From assembly GCA_964438505.1 (NCBI GenBank), contig CAYTKN010000014.1, positions 5,041 through 69,040 on the forward strand: a stretch of 64,000 bases of DNA, written 5' to 3'. A model generated the notes under the pieces. It was not told the DNA's origin and ran no database searches. It saw nothing but the letters and a program-made list of their open reading frames with translations. This DNA is from an uncultured Burkholderiales bacterium (GTDB lineage: Bacteria; Actinomycetota; Acidimicrobiia; IMCC26256; JACPCJ01). Below are positions 37,307-44,766 of the stretch, in pieces. Both the position numbers and the translations under genes were made by a program. Position 1 is the first letter of the stretch. Every line of letters starts with the position of its first letter.

Positions 37307-37744
37307 TCACATGCCGAGCTCGGGCAGGTCGTCGGCGCTCTTCAGGTCGGTGTCGCCACCGGTGCTCTCGTCCGACCAACGCTGCGCGTTCCAGATCTCG
37401 AAGTGCGTGAAGCTGCCGGCGACGACCACGTCGCGGTCGATCCCCGCGTACTCCCGGAGGTTGGCGGGGATGGCGACCCGGCCCTGCCGGTCGGGAACCA
37501 CCTCGGTGGCCCCGGCGAAGAGCGCTCGCGCCATGCGCCGCTCCCGCTCGCCCTGTCGCATCAGCTCCCTGGTGCTCATCGCCACCTTCTCCCACTCCTC
37601 GGGCGGGTAGACGGCCAGGCAGGGATCGCGTCCCTTGACCACGACCGCCCCGTCCTCGAGGAGCTCGCGGAACTTGGCCGGGAGGATGAGCCGCCCCTTG
37701 GCGTCCACCGTGTGCTGGAACTCGCCGAGGAACTGCATCCCCAC
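37307..37744 (-). CDS. mraZ: Transcriptional regulator MraZ
   Basis: Two SpoVT/AbrB-like repeats with VDAKGRLILPAKFR and PDRQGRVAIPANLR. First gene of the dcw cluster. Confidence 0.95.
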   Translation of the reverse strand: MGMQFLGEFQHTVDAKGRLILPAKFRELLEDGAVVVKGRDPCLAVYPPEEWEKVAMSTRELMRQGERERRMARALFAGATEVVPDRQGRVAIPANLREYAGIDRDVVVAGSFTHFEIWNAQRWSDESTGGDTDLKSADDLPELGM

Positions 37745-37820
37745 CTCGTCACCGGGTCTCGCACGGGGCGATCACTCCCACGTCGGGGGGACTCGGACGA
37801 CCCTCGGCTCGTTCCATCGT

Positions 37821-37890
37821 CCCCACTGCTCTCCACTGCGCACCACCATACGCCACCATTCACCACCCGTCAACACCCCGATCCACCACT
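37821..37890 (-). promoter_or_regulatory. Putative MraZ operator: GTGG core repeated five times at exact 10-bp phasing, plus a sixth copy 20 bp upstream
   Basis: Plus-strand 10-mers CCCCACTGCT CTCCACTGCG CACCACCATA CGCCACCATT CACCACCCGT each carry CCAC at positions 3-6, and ATCCACCACT occurs at 37881. The array lies 80-145 nt upstream of mraZ. Confidence 0.6.
37845..37873 (-). promoter_or_regulatory. Candidate dcw (Pmra) promoter: -35 TTGACG, 17 nt, -10 TATGGT
   Basis: Minus-strand hexamers at 37873-37868 and 37850-37845, embedded in the GTGG repeat array. Confidence 0.55.
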
Positions 37891-38158
37891 TCGCGCCACG
37901 GGCCGCGAACGAACGCACGCGAATCCGACATATCGACACGCGCGTGTGGGCACTCAGGGGGACCGCGCGCGTGGGCGCCGGGGGCACGGTGAGCGCTCGG
38001 AGCGCGCGACGAGCACCCGCCGGGATGCAGGGGAGCCGGCAGGACGGAGCGCGCTCGGTTGCGCCGGCCACTCGACGGGACGCCTCGCCGGTACGGCTCG
38101 GCAGGACTCCCCTCGGCTGCGCAGGCCTGCTCAGCGCTGCCCGGGGCAGCGGGTCAGA

Positions 38159-38674
38159 TCAGGCCGAGGCGATCGCGAGGCCGTCGAGATCGAGGTAGGG
38201 CTCCCAGGTGGGCTCGATCCGCCCCACCGCCACCACCACCCACATCGTCTGCTTCGGCGCCACGGGGAAGCGACCCAGCCTCAGGCCGGTCTCGTGGAGC
38301 AGACGGTCCTCCTTCGCCGAGTTGCACCGGCGACAGGACGCCACGACGTTCTCCCACACGTGCTCGCCCCCTCGGGAGGTGGGGACGACGTGGTCGATGC
38401 TCTCGGCCGAGGCCCCGCAGTACTGGCAGCGGTGGCCGTCGCGGACGAACACCGCCCGGCGCGTCAGCGGGATGCGGGCCCGGTAGGGGACGCGCACGTA
38501 GCGCCGGAGCCGGATGACCGACGGGGTGCGCAGCGTCAGGCGCTCCGAGTGGAGGATGCCCTCGCCGTCGTGGACGACGTCGGCCTTCTCCTTGAGGACG
38601 AGGACGACCGCGCGCCGGATCGGCACCACGCTGAGCGGCTCGTAGCTGGCGTTCAACACGAGCGTGCGTCCCAC
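38159..38674 (-). CDS. HNH endonuclease (small stand-alone type)
   Basis: HRCQYCG...DHVVPTSRGGEHVWENVVASCRRCNSAK HNH/zinc motif. GTG start at 38674. The rest of track ORF 38159..40138 is antisense noise. Confidence 0.85.
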   Translation of the reverse strand: MGRTLVLNASYEPLSVVPIRRAVVLVLKEKADVVHDGEGILHSERLTLRTPSVIRLRRYVRVPYRARIPLTRRAVFVRDGHRCQYCGASAESIDHVVPTSRGGEHVWENVVASCRRCNSAKEDRLLHETGLRLGRFPVAPKQTMWVVVAVGRIEPTWEPYLDLDGLAIASA

Positions 38675-38769
38675 GCCCGATCCTCCCGGGGCGGCCGATC
38701 GGTTGGGGGCAGTGTAGTTCCGCCCCGGCGTGTCGTCGTGGCCTCTACCGCGCGAGGTCGCGGCGCGGC

Positions 38770-39033
38770 TCAGCGGGGCAGGGTCCGGCACCAGCGCAGG
38801 TACGTCACCACGTCGCCGGCCTCGGGCGGGTGGTGCGGATCCCCGTACATCGTCTCGAGGCGGAAGCGCAGGTAGTCGCGGTCGGGCACCGGGAGGAAGG
38901 GTGGTCGGCGCCACCAGCCGCGGCCCGCCAGGCGGAGCACCTGGACGACCGCCGTCGGCCACAGCGGGGGACGCCGGAGGACGGCGAGGGCGGCGGCCAG
39001 CCAGGGCATGGCGCCACGTTCCAGCCAGGGCAT
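38770..39033 (-). CDS. Small hypothetical protein (87 aa, or 79 aa from the second Met)
   Basis: Trp/Arg/Pro-rich but with a coding-like C-terminal half (DYLRFRLETMYGDPHHPPEAGDVVTYLRWC). The start codon lies in a 24-bp tandem duplication. Confidence 0.45.
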   Translation of the reverse strand: MPWLERGAMPWLAAALAVLRRPPLWPTAVVQVLRLAGRGWWRRPPFLPVPDRDYLRFRLETMYGDPHHPPEAGDVVTYLRWCRTLPR

Positions 39034-39048
39034 GGCGCCACGTTACTG
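39001..39048. repeat. 24-bp tandem duplication covering the start codon of ORF 38770..39033
   Basis: CCAGGGCATGGCGCCACGTT at 39001 and 39025. It yields MPWLERGA-MPWLAAAL. Confidence 0.9.
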
Positions 39049-39066
39049 CGTCCTCCCGAGGTGGCG

Positions 39067-39132
39067 CTGGGCGTGCTGCGGGCGTGCTGCGGGCGTGCGG
39101 CGGGCGTGTGGCGCGCGTGCGGCGGGCGTGCG
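39067..39132. repeat. 11-bp tandem repeat x6 (GCGGGCGTGCK) in the divergent intergenic region
   Basis: Read directly. Followed at 39191-39235 by a CCAGCCGGYCCA-type repeat. Confidence 0.85.
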
Positions 39133-39271
39133 CGGACCCGGACGCGAAGGCCACGATCGAGTCCGAACGTAGACTCGCCGGGATCCGGCCGGCCCAGCCG
39201 GCCCACCAGCCGGTCCACCAGCCGGCCCGGCCGGCCGACCCGAACAGCCACCCAGACCAGACGGAGATCCC

Positions 39272-40246
39272 GTGGCCAGACGCGCGACCGACCGGAGCGC
39301 GGCGTTCCGACGCCGCTTCGAAGCGCTCGTCGACAACGTCGACCGCGTCCTCAAGGGCAAGCGGGACGCGATCGAGCTGGTGCTCACGTCGCTGCTCGCC
39401 GAGGGCCACCTCCTCATCGACGACGTGCCGGGGGTCGGCAAGACGACCCTGGCCAAGGCGCTCGCCCGCTCGATCGACGGGACCTCCCAGCGGATCCAGT
39501 TCACCCCCGACCTCCTCCCCTCGGACGTGACCGGCGTGTCGGTCTGGCACCAGGCGCGCAAGACCTTCGAGTTCCGCCCCGGACCGATCTTCGCCAACTT
39601 CACGCTCGCCGACGAGATCAACCGCGCGTCGCCCCGTACCCAGTCGTCGCTCCTCGAAGCGATGCAGGAGCGCCAGGTGACCGTCGACGGGCAGACCTAC
39701 GAGCTCGGCGACCCGTTCATGGTGATCGCCACCCAGAACCCGGTCGAGCACGAGGGCACCTACTCGCTGCCCGAGGCGCAGCTCGACCGCTTCCTGATGC
39801 GGATCCAGATCGGCTACCCGAGCCGGGAGACGGCGCTCGAGATCCTGGGCGCTCAGGCCGACGCCGTGGAGGTCGACGAGCTCGAGCCCGTCGTCACCCT
39901 CGGCGAGGTCGTGACGATGAGCCGGGTGGTCCGCGGCGTGCACGTCGCACGCTCCCTCCAGGGCTACATCATGGACGTCGTGGAGCAGACCCGCGAGCAC
40001 CCCGACCTGACGCTCGGGATCAGCCCCCGGGGGGCGATCGCGCTCCAGCGCGCGGCCCGGGCGCTGGCTGCGGGGCGCGGCCGGGAGTTCGTCGTCGCCG
40101 ACGACCTCAAGGCCCTGACGGGCCCCGTGCTCGCGCACCGGCTGCTCGTGGCGCCCGAGGCGCAGCTCCGGGGCGTCACCGCCTCCGAGGTGCTCGACGA
40201 GATCCTCGCCGCCATCCCCGTGCCCCGGGTGAGGAACCGCCCGTGA
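39272..40246 (+). CDS. moxR: MoxR-like AAA+ ATPase
   Basis: Walker A DDVPGVGKTTLAKA, Walker B FTLADEINRA, ATQNPVEHEGTYSLPEAQLDRF. Confidence 0.93.
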   Translation: MARRATDRSAAFRRRFEALVDNVDRVLKGKRDAIELVLTSLLAEGHLLIDDVPGVGKTTLAKALARSIDGTSQRIQFTPDLLPSDVTGVSVWHQARKTFEFRPGPIFANFTLADEINRASPRTQSSLLEAMQERQVTVDGQTYELGDPFMVIATQNPVEHEGTYSLPEAQLDRFLMRIQIGYPSRETALEILGAQADAVEVDELEPVVTLGEVVTMSRVVRGVHVARSLQGYIMDVVEQTREHPDLTLGISPRGAIALQRAARALAAGRGREFVVADDLKALTGPVLAHRLLVAPEAQLRGVTASEVLDEILAAIPVPRVRNRP

Positions 40247-41442
40247 AGCCCACGACCCGCGGTGGAGCGCTCGCCGGGGTCAGCGTCGTGCTCTACGCCG
40301 GTGGGCGGGTCCTCGGCGCCGTCGAGCTCTCGATGCTCGCCGCGGCGGGGATCACCGTCCTGGTGCTGGCGTTCGCGGTGGCGCTGGCCGGCCGACCGGA
40401 GCTGCGCCTCGAGCGGCGGCTGCATCCGCCGCGGGTCCACGCCGGGACGCCCGCCCACGCCGAGATCGTGGTCGAGAACGTGGGCCCGAGACGCACCCCG
40501 GTGCTCTCCGTGGTCGACGGGTTCACCGACCGCCACGACGTGCGCTTCGCCGTGCCGCCGGTGCCGCCGGGCGGCCGTGCGGCCGGTGCCTACCGGCTGC
40601 CCACCGACCGTCGCGGCGTCTACGAGGTGGGTCCGCTCTCGGTCGCGGTGACCGACCCGCTCGGCCTGGTGGTCCGGACCGTCAGCGCTCAGCCGGCCCG
40701 CCACGTGACCGTCTACCCCCGCGTCGAGGCGGTGCGGTCGCTGCCCGTCACGGTCGGCCGCGACCTCGTGGGAGGGGCGGTGACCGACTTCTCCCGCTCG
40801 AACTCCGGCGACGAGTTCCACAGCCTGCGCGAGTACACGGTGGGCGACGACCTCCGCAGGGTGCACTGGCGCTCGACGGCCCGCACCGGCCAGCTCATGA
40901 TCCGGGAGCACGACGTGCCGTGGCAGACACGCGCCACGATCGTCGTCGACCAGGGCTCCTCGAAGGTCGCTCCCGCGACCTTCGAGCACCTCGTCGCCGC
41001 GGCGGCCGCCGTGGCGACCGCCCTGCACCGGCGGCGGTCGCTCACCCGCCTGGTCACCACCGAGGGCCTCGACACGGGCTGGGGGTCGGGGCGCGAGCAC
41101 TTCGAGGCGCTGCTCGAGCGCCTCGCGGCGATCCAGCCCGCCCCCGCGGACGGGCTCGACCGGGTCGCCGCGCGCTTCCACCGCGGGGCCGGGAGCGGCG
41201 CGCTGGTCGTCGTCACCGGCGCGGCGGGCGACGACGAGCTGCGATCGCTGGCGACGCTCGGACGGCGCTTCGAGCTCGTCGTCGTCGTGCGCGCCGTGCG
41301 GCGCGACGAGGGCGGGACCCACCGCGCACCCGGATGCGTGGTGGTCGACACGGTCGCCGGCGAGGACCTCGGCACGGCCTGGGACGCGGCCGTCGTCGGG
41401 CACCTCGGCCGCGGCGCGGGTGCGAAGCGAGCGCGCCGATGA
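40243..41442 (+). CDS. DUF58 domain protein (vWA-like partner of MoxR)
   Basis: GDEFHSLREYTVGDDLRRVHWRSTARTGQLMIRE signature and 2 N-terminal TM helices. The GTG start overlaps the moxR stop. Confidence 0.9.
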   Translation: MKPTTRGGALAGVSVVLYAGGRVLGAVELSMLAAAGITVLVLAFAVALAGRPELRLERRLHPPRVHAGTPAHAEIVVENVGPRRTPVLSVVDGFTDRHDVRFAVPPVPPGGRAAGAYRLPTDRRGVYEVGPLSVAVTDPLGLVVRTVSAQPARHVTVYPRVEAVRSLPVTVGRDLVGGAVTDFSRSNSGDEFHSLREYTVGDDLRRVHWRSTARTGQLMIREHDVPWQTRATIVVDQGSSKVAPATFEHLVAAAAAVATALHRRRSLTRLVTTEGLDTGWGSGREHFEALLERLAAIQPAPADGLDRVAARFHRGAGSGALVVVTGAAGDDELRSLATLGRRFELVVVVRAVRRDEGGTHRAPGCVVVDTVAGEDLGTAWDAAVVGHLGRGAGAKRARR

Positions 41443-43730
41443 CCGCCCCGGTCCTCGCGCTCACCTCCGTCACCCTCGTCGCCTCGCTCGGGTTCACGCG
41501 CGTCTTCGCCGAGACCTCGTCGGTCGTGCCGGCGCTGGTCGCGGCGACCCTCGTGCACCTGCTCCTGTGGGCCGGGCGTCGAGCGGCCCGGGCTCCCGCG
41601 GCGAGCTGGATCGCGTGCGCCGCGGCCCTCGCGCTCGTCGGGGCGTGGATGCTCGTCCCCTCCACCACCGCGTACGGGATCCCCACCGGGGAGACGGCGG
41701 CCGAGCTGTGGTCGCGCCTCGTCGAGGGCTTCGAGGGCATGCGCTCCGCCCGGGTCCCCGTCGGGCCCCACCACGGCGTCGTCACCGTCACCACCGCCGG
41801 TGTCTGGCTCGCGGCGCTGGCCGCCGACTGGGTGGCGTTCCGCGCCCGCGCCACGCTCTCCGCCCTGATCCCCGGGGTGACGCTGCTGACGGTCGCCGCC
41901 GGCGTCGGCCTCGACCGCCACGCGGTGGCGCTCACCGTCGGCTTCGTCGTCGCCTCGCTGGCGTTCCTGCTCACCCACGCGCCGGCGCAGGCCGCGGATC
42001 CGGCGGCGTGGTTCACCGGTAGCCGGACGCGTGGCTCCGGTGCGGTCGTGCGGGCGGGGCTCCCGCTCGTGCTGGCGGCGGCAGTCGCCGCCCCGCTCGT
42101 CGGCCCCCGCCTCCCCGACGCCCGCTCCTCGGGCGTCCTCGACCTCGGCGAGGGAGGCGGTCCGAGCACGAGGGTGACGGTGAGCCCCCTCGTCGACATC
42201 CGCGACCGGCTCACCCGCGAGCCTCCCGTCGAGGTGCTCCGCGTCCGGGCCGACAGGCCCGCCTACTGGCGGATGGCCGCGCTCGAGGACTACGACGGGC
42301 AGATCTGGTCGTCGCTCGCCGACTACGAGTCGGCGGACGGCGAGCTCCCCGCCGACACCGAGGAGGCTCCCACGACCCGGCTGGTCCAGGAGTTCGAGAT
42401 CACCGGACTGAACCAGTTCTGGCTCCCGGCAGCCTACCGACCCGTCTCCATCGACCACCCCGACGCACGGGTGAACCCCGACTCGCTGACGCTGCTCACG
42501 GAGCGACCCACCGCGGCGGGTCTGCGCTACCGCGTCGAGTCGGCCGTCCCCTCCTACACCGCCGAGGACCTCGCCGCCCAGACCGGGCGCGTCCCCGACT
42601 CGGTGCGCCCCCAGCTCGAGCTGCCCGGCGACGTCCCCGACTCGGTGCGGCGCCTCGCCCGGGAGGTGACCGCCGGGGCCACCGACCCCTACCGGCAGGC
42701 GCTCGCCCTCCAGGACTTCTTCCGCCGGGAGTTCACCTACACCGAGGAGATCCCGGCCGGCCACGGCAACCTCCGCATGGAGGACTTCCTCCTCGAGCAG
42801 CGGGCCGGCTACTGCGAGCAGTTCTCGTCGTCGTTCGCGGTGATGGCGCGCTCGCTCGGGATCCCCGCGCGGGTCGCGGTCGGCTTCCGACCCGGCGAGC
42901 GCGGCGCCGACGGCGCCTACCGGGTCAGCTCCGCCGACGCGCACGCGTGGCCGGAGGTGCACATCGACCCGTTCGGGTGGGTGGCATTCGAACCGACCCC
43001 CACCCGCTTCGATCCCGCACCCGGCAACCACACGGGCACCTTCGACCCCTCGGCGGTGCCCGACGCGCCCGCGCCGGGAGCGGGCGGCGAGACCACCGAG
43101 AGCTCACGGCCCTCCGGGGAGCCCAGCGCCTCGACCGTGCAAGAAGCACCGGAGGCCGGAACGGACGGCGCGAGCGAGGAGGGCGCGGAGACCGCCCCGA
43201 ACCCCTGGCCCCGCCGGGTCGGCCTGCTCGTGGCGACGGCGGCGCTGATCGCCGCGGGTTGGGCCGCCTCCCGCCTGGCGCGCCGTCGCGCCGCCCGGCG
43301 ACGGCGGCGGTCCGTGCCCGACCCCGACGGGTCCGTGCTCGCCGCGTGGGAGGAGGTGGTGGAGCACCTCCGCCTCGACGGCGTCGAGGTGCCGGACTCG
43401 CTCACCACCGCCGAGGTCGTGGAGCGCGCACGGGCGCACCGCGCCGCGGTGGCCGGGCCGCTCGACGGCCTGGGGTCGCTCGTCGACGTCGCCGCCTACT
43501 CCCCCGCCGCGCTCGAGCGGAACGAGGCGGGCCGCGCGTGGGCCGGCGCCGGCGAGGTCGTCGCGATCCTCGGCCGCGAGCACCCGCCGGCGGTTCGCGT
43601 CCGCCACGCCCTCGGCATCGCCGGCCACGGGAGCAGCCACGGGAGCAGCCACGGGAGTACTGGCGCCGAAGAACCCGGTGACAGCGGCGACCGCGCGCCC
43701 GACGACGGGCGACCCGGCGGGGCACCCTGA
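41439..43730 (+). CDS. Transglutaminase-domain membrane protein (DUF3488 plus TGase core)
   Basis: Multi-TM N-terminal region. TGase core GYCEQFSSSFAVMARSLGIPARV (Cys), DAHAWPEV (His), WVAFEPTP (Asp). The ATG overlaps the DUF58 stop (ATGA). Confidence 0.9.
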   Translation: MTAPVLALTSVTLVASLGFTRVFAETSSVVPALVAATLVHLLLWAGRRAARAPAASWIACAAALALVGAWMLVPSTTAYGIPTGETAAELWSRLVEGFEGMRSARVPVGPHHGVVTVTTAGVWLAALAADWVAFRARATLSALIPGVTLLTVAAGVGLDRHAVALTVGFVVASLAFLLTHAPAQAADPAAWFTGSRTRGSGAVVRAGLPLVLAAAVAAPLVGPRLPDARSSGVLDLGEGGGPSTRVTVSPLVDIRDRLTREPPVEVLRVRADRPAYWRMAALEDYDGQIWSSLADYESADGELPADTEEAPTTRLVQEFEITGLNQFWLPAAYRPVSIDHPDARVNPDSLTLLTERPTAAGLRYRVESAVPSYTAEDLAAQTGRVPDSVRPQLELPGDVPDSVRRLAREVTAGATDPYRQALALQDFFRREFTYTEEIPAGHGNLRMEDFLLEQRAGYCEQFSSSFAVMARSLGIPARVAVGFRPGERGADGAYRVSSADAHAWPEVHIDPFGWVAFEPTPTRFDPAPGNHTGTFDPSAVPDAPAPGAGGETTESSRPSGEPSASTVQEAPEAGTDGASEEGAETAPNPWPRRVGLLVATAALIAAGWAASRLARRRAARRRRRSVPDPDGSVLAAWEEVVEHLRLDGVEVPDSLTTAEVVERARAHRAAVAGPLDGLGSLVDVAAYSPAALERNEAGRAWAGAGEVVAILGREHPPAVRVRHALGIAGHGSSHGSSHGSTGAEEPGDSGDRAPDDGRPGGAP

Positions 43731-43748
43731 GGCGGTGAGCTCCGCGGG

Positions 43749-44195
43749 CTACTCGTCGACGGCGCGCAGGCTCTCGACGAACGCCTCCCGCTCGGCGGTG
43801 TAGTCGCGGACCTCGGCTTCCACGTCCGCGGCGACGGCGTCGACCGAGACGAAGAGCGCGAGCTGCCCGTGGCCGAGCGCGTCGAGCACCTCGCCGTCGT
43901 CGCGGCAGGCGAACACCGTCGACCCGTCGGCGACGAGCCGGAGGCCGGCGAGGTCGTCCTCACCCACCGCCCGGAGCTGCTCCACCGCCCGCCGGATCCG
44001 CCGGAGCGGCAGCCCGGCGTCCAGCAGGGAGCGCACCATCCGGAGCGCCACGAGGTCGGGGAACGTGTACCGCCGGGAACGTCCGCTGCCGAGCGAGGGG
44101 GTGACGAGGCCCACCCGGTCCCAGTACCGGATCTGCGAGACGGAGCAACCGGTCAGGCGGGTGGCCTGGATCGCCGTGAACTCGAGCTCGGCCAC
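43749..44195 (-). CDS. MerR-family transcriptional regulator
   Basis: N-terminal HTH FTAIQATRLTGCSVSQIRYWDRVGLV..RRYTFPDLVALRMV. Confidence 0.85.
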   Translation of the reverse strand: MAELEFTAIQATRLTGCSVSQIRYWDRVGLVTPSLGSGRSRRYTFPDLVALRMVRSLLDAGLPLRRIRRAVEQLRAVGEDDLAGLRLVADGSTVFACRDDGEVLDALGHGQLALFVSVDAVAADVEAEVRDYTAEREAFVESLRAVDE

Positions 44196-44207
44196 ACGCG
44201 TGGGACC

Positions 44208-44570
44208 TCAGTCGTCGCCCGACTGCCCGCGGCGCCGACGCTCGATCGCGTCGCGCAGGCCCCCCACCTTGAACGAGGAGGTGAGGCTGTCGAGGCCCGC
44301 CTTGCCGACCCGGCGGACGTTGCGCTCGACGAGGAAGGCCGACCCCAGCATGATGAGGAACCCGACGATCCCGACGACGAGGTTGACCGCGAAGAACCCG
44401 ACCAGCACGGCCAGACCGACGACGAACCCGAGGACACCCCACTTGATCATCCGTGCGGCGTGCCGGTAGACGGTCGTCTCCTCGACCTGCTGCACGAGCT
44501 GCGGGTCGCTCTCGTAGAGCTTGGCCTCGATCTCCTGCAGGATTCGCTGTTCGTCTTCGGAGAGCGGCAT
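44208..44570 (-). CDS. DUF3040-type small membrane protein
   Basis: MPLSEDEQRILQEIEAKLYESDP start followed by two TM helices. It is the 3' part of a long spurious track ORF. Confidence 0.8.
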   Translation of the reverse strand: MPLSEDEQRILQEIEAKLYESDPQLVQQVEETTVYRHAARMIKWGVLGFVVGLAVLVGFFAVNLVVGIVGFLIMLGSAFLVERNVRRVGKAGLDSLTSSFKVGGLRDAIERRRRGQSGDD

Positions 44571-44766
44571 ACAGGCGCCATTGTCGCGCAGGGGCGCCAC
44601 CCCGACAACGCGCCTGGTCGGGGTGCCCGGGTTTGGGACCGCTCCGCCCCGTTCGCGCCCAGGCGGAACCGGGGGTCGGCGCGACGCGGCGAGCACGCGG
44701 CGGGGACGCCCTCGCGGCGGGGACGCGGCCCGGACGCGCACGCGGCGACAGCCGACGAGGGCGCGC

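Noticed and set aside
37026-37310. Calling the 94-codon GTGA-bracketed ORF between mraZ and rsmH as a confident CDS feature.
   Set aside because: Its first half uses mostly A-ending codons (ACA, GGA, AGA, GCA, CGA, CCA), unlike every real gene here, and the product is Arg/Thr/Pro low-complexity. It is kept as a hypothesis in the findings rather than annotated.
38135-38155. Hairpin CGCTGCC-CGG-GGCAGCG just downstream of the HNH gene, considered as an intrinsic terminator.
   Set aside because: The stem is only 7 bp, the loop is 3 nt and no U-tract follows. In DNA this GC-rich, such stems arise by chance. I am not confident enough to call it.
37891-38158. Largest non-coding stretch in the window, screened for a tRNA, small RNA or small ORF.
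   Set aside because: I saw no T-loop-like GGTTCGAATCC motif, no cloverleaf-compatible repeats and no convincing GC3-biased short ORF. It is probably just the upstream regulatory or spacer region of the dcw promoter.
38159-38674. HNH endonuclease considered as a mobile homing element or remnant.
   Set aside because: There are no flanking direct or inverted repeats, no intein or intron context, no integrase or transposase nearby, and the codon usage matches its neighbours. It looks like a resident housekeeping-type HNH protein.
39069-39110. G-quadruplex potential of four GGG tracts in the 11-bp repeat array.
   Set aside because: The loops would be 8 nt, longer than canonical G4 loops. GGG runs are common at this GC content. 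Too speculative to report as a finding.
39067-39132. Tandem arrays (also 47506-47599, 50371-50426, 55947-55991) considered as CRISPR arrays.
   Set aside because: The units are 9-13 bp and contiguous, with no unique spacers. There are no cas genes. They are micro- or minisatellites, not CRISPR.
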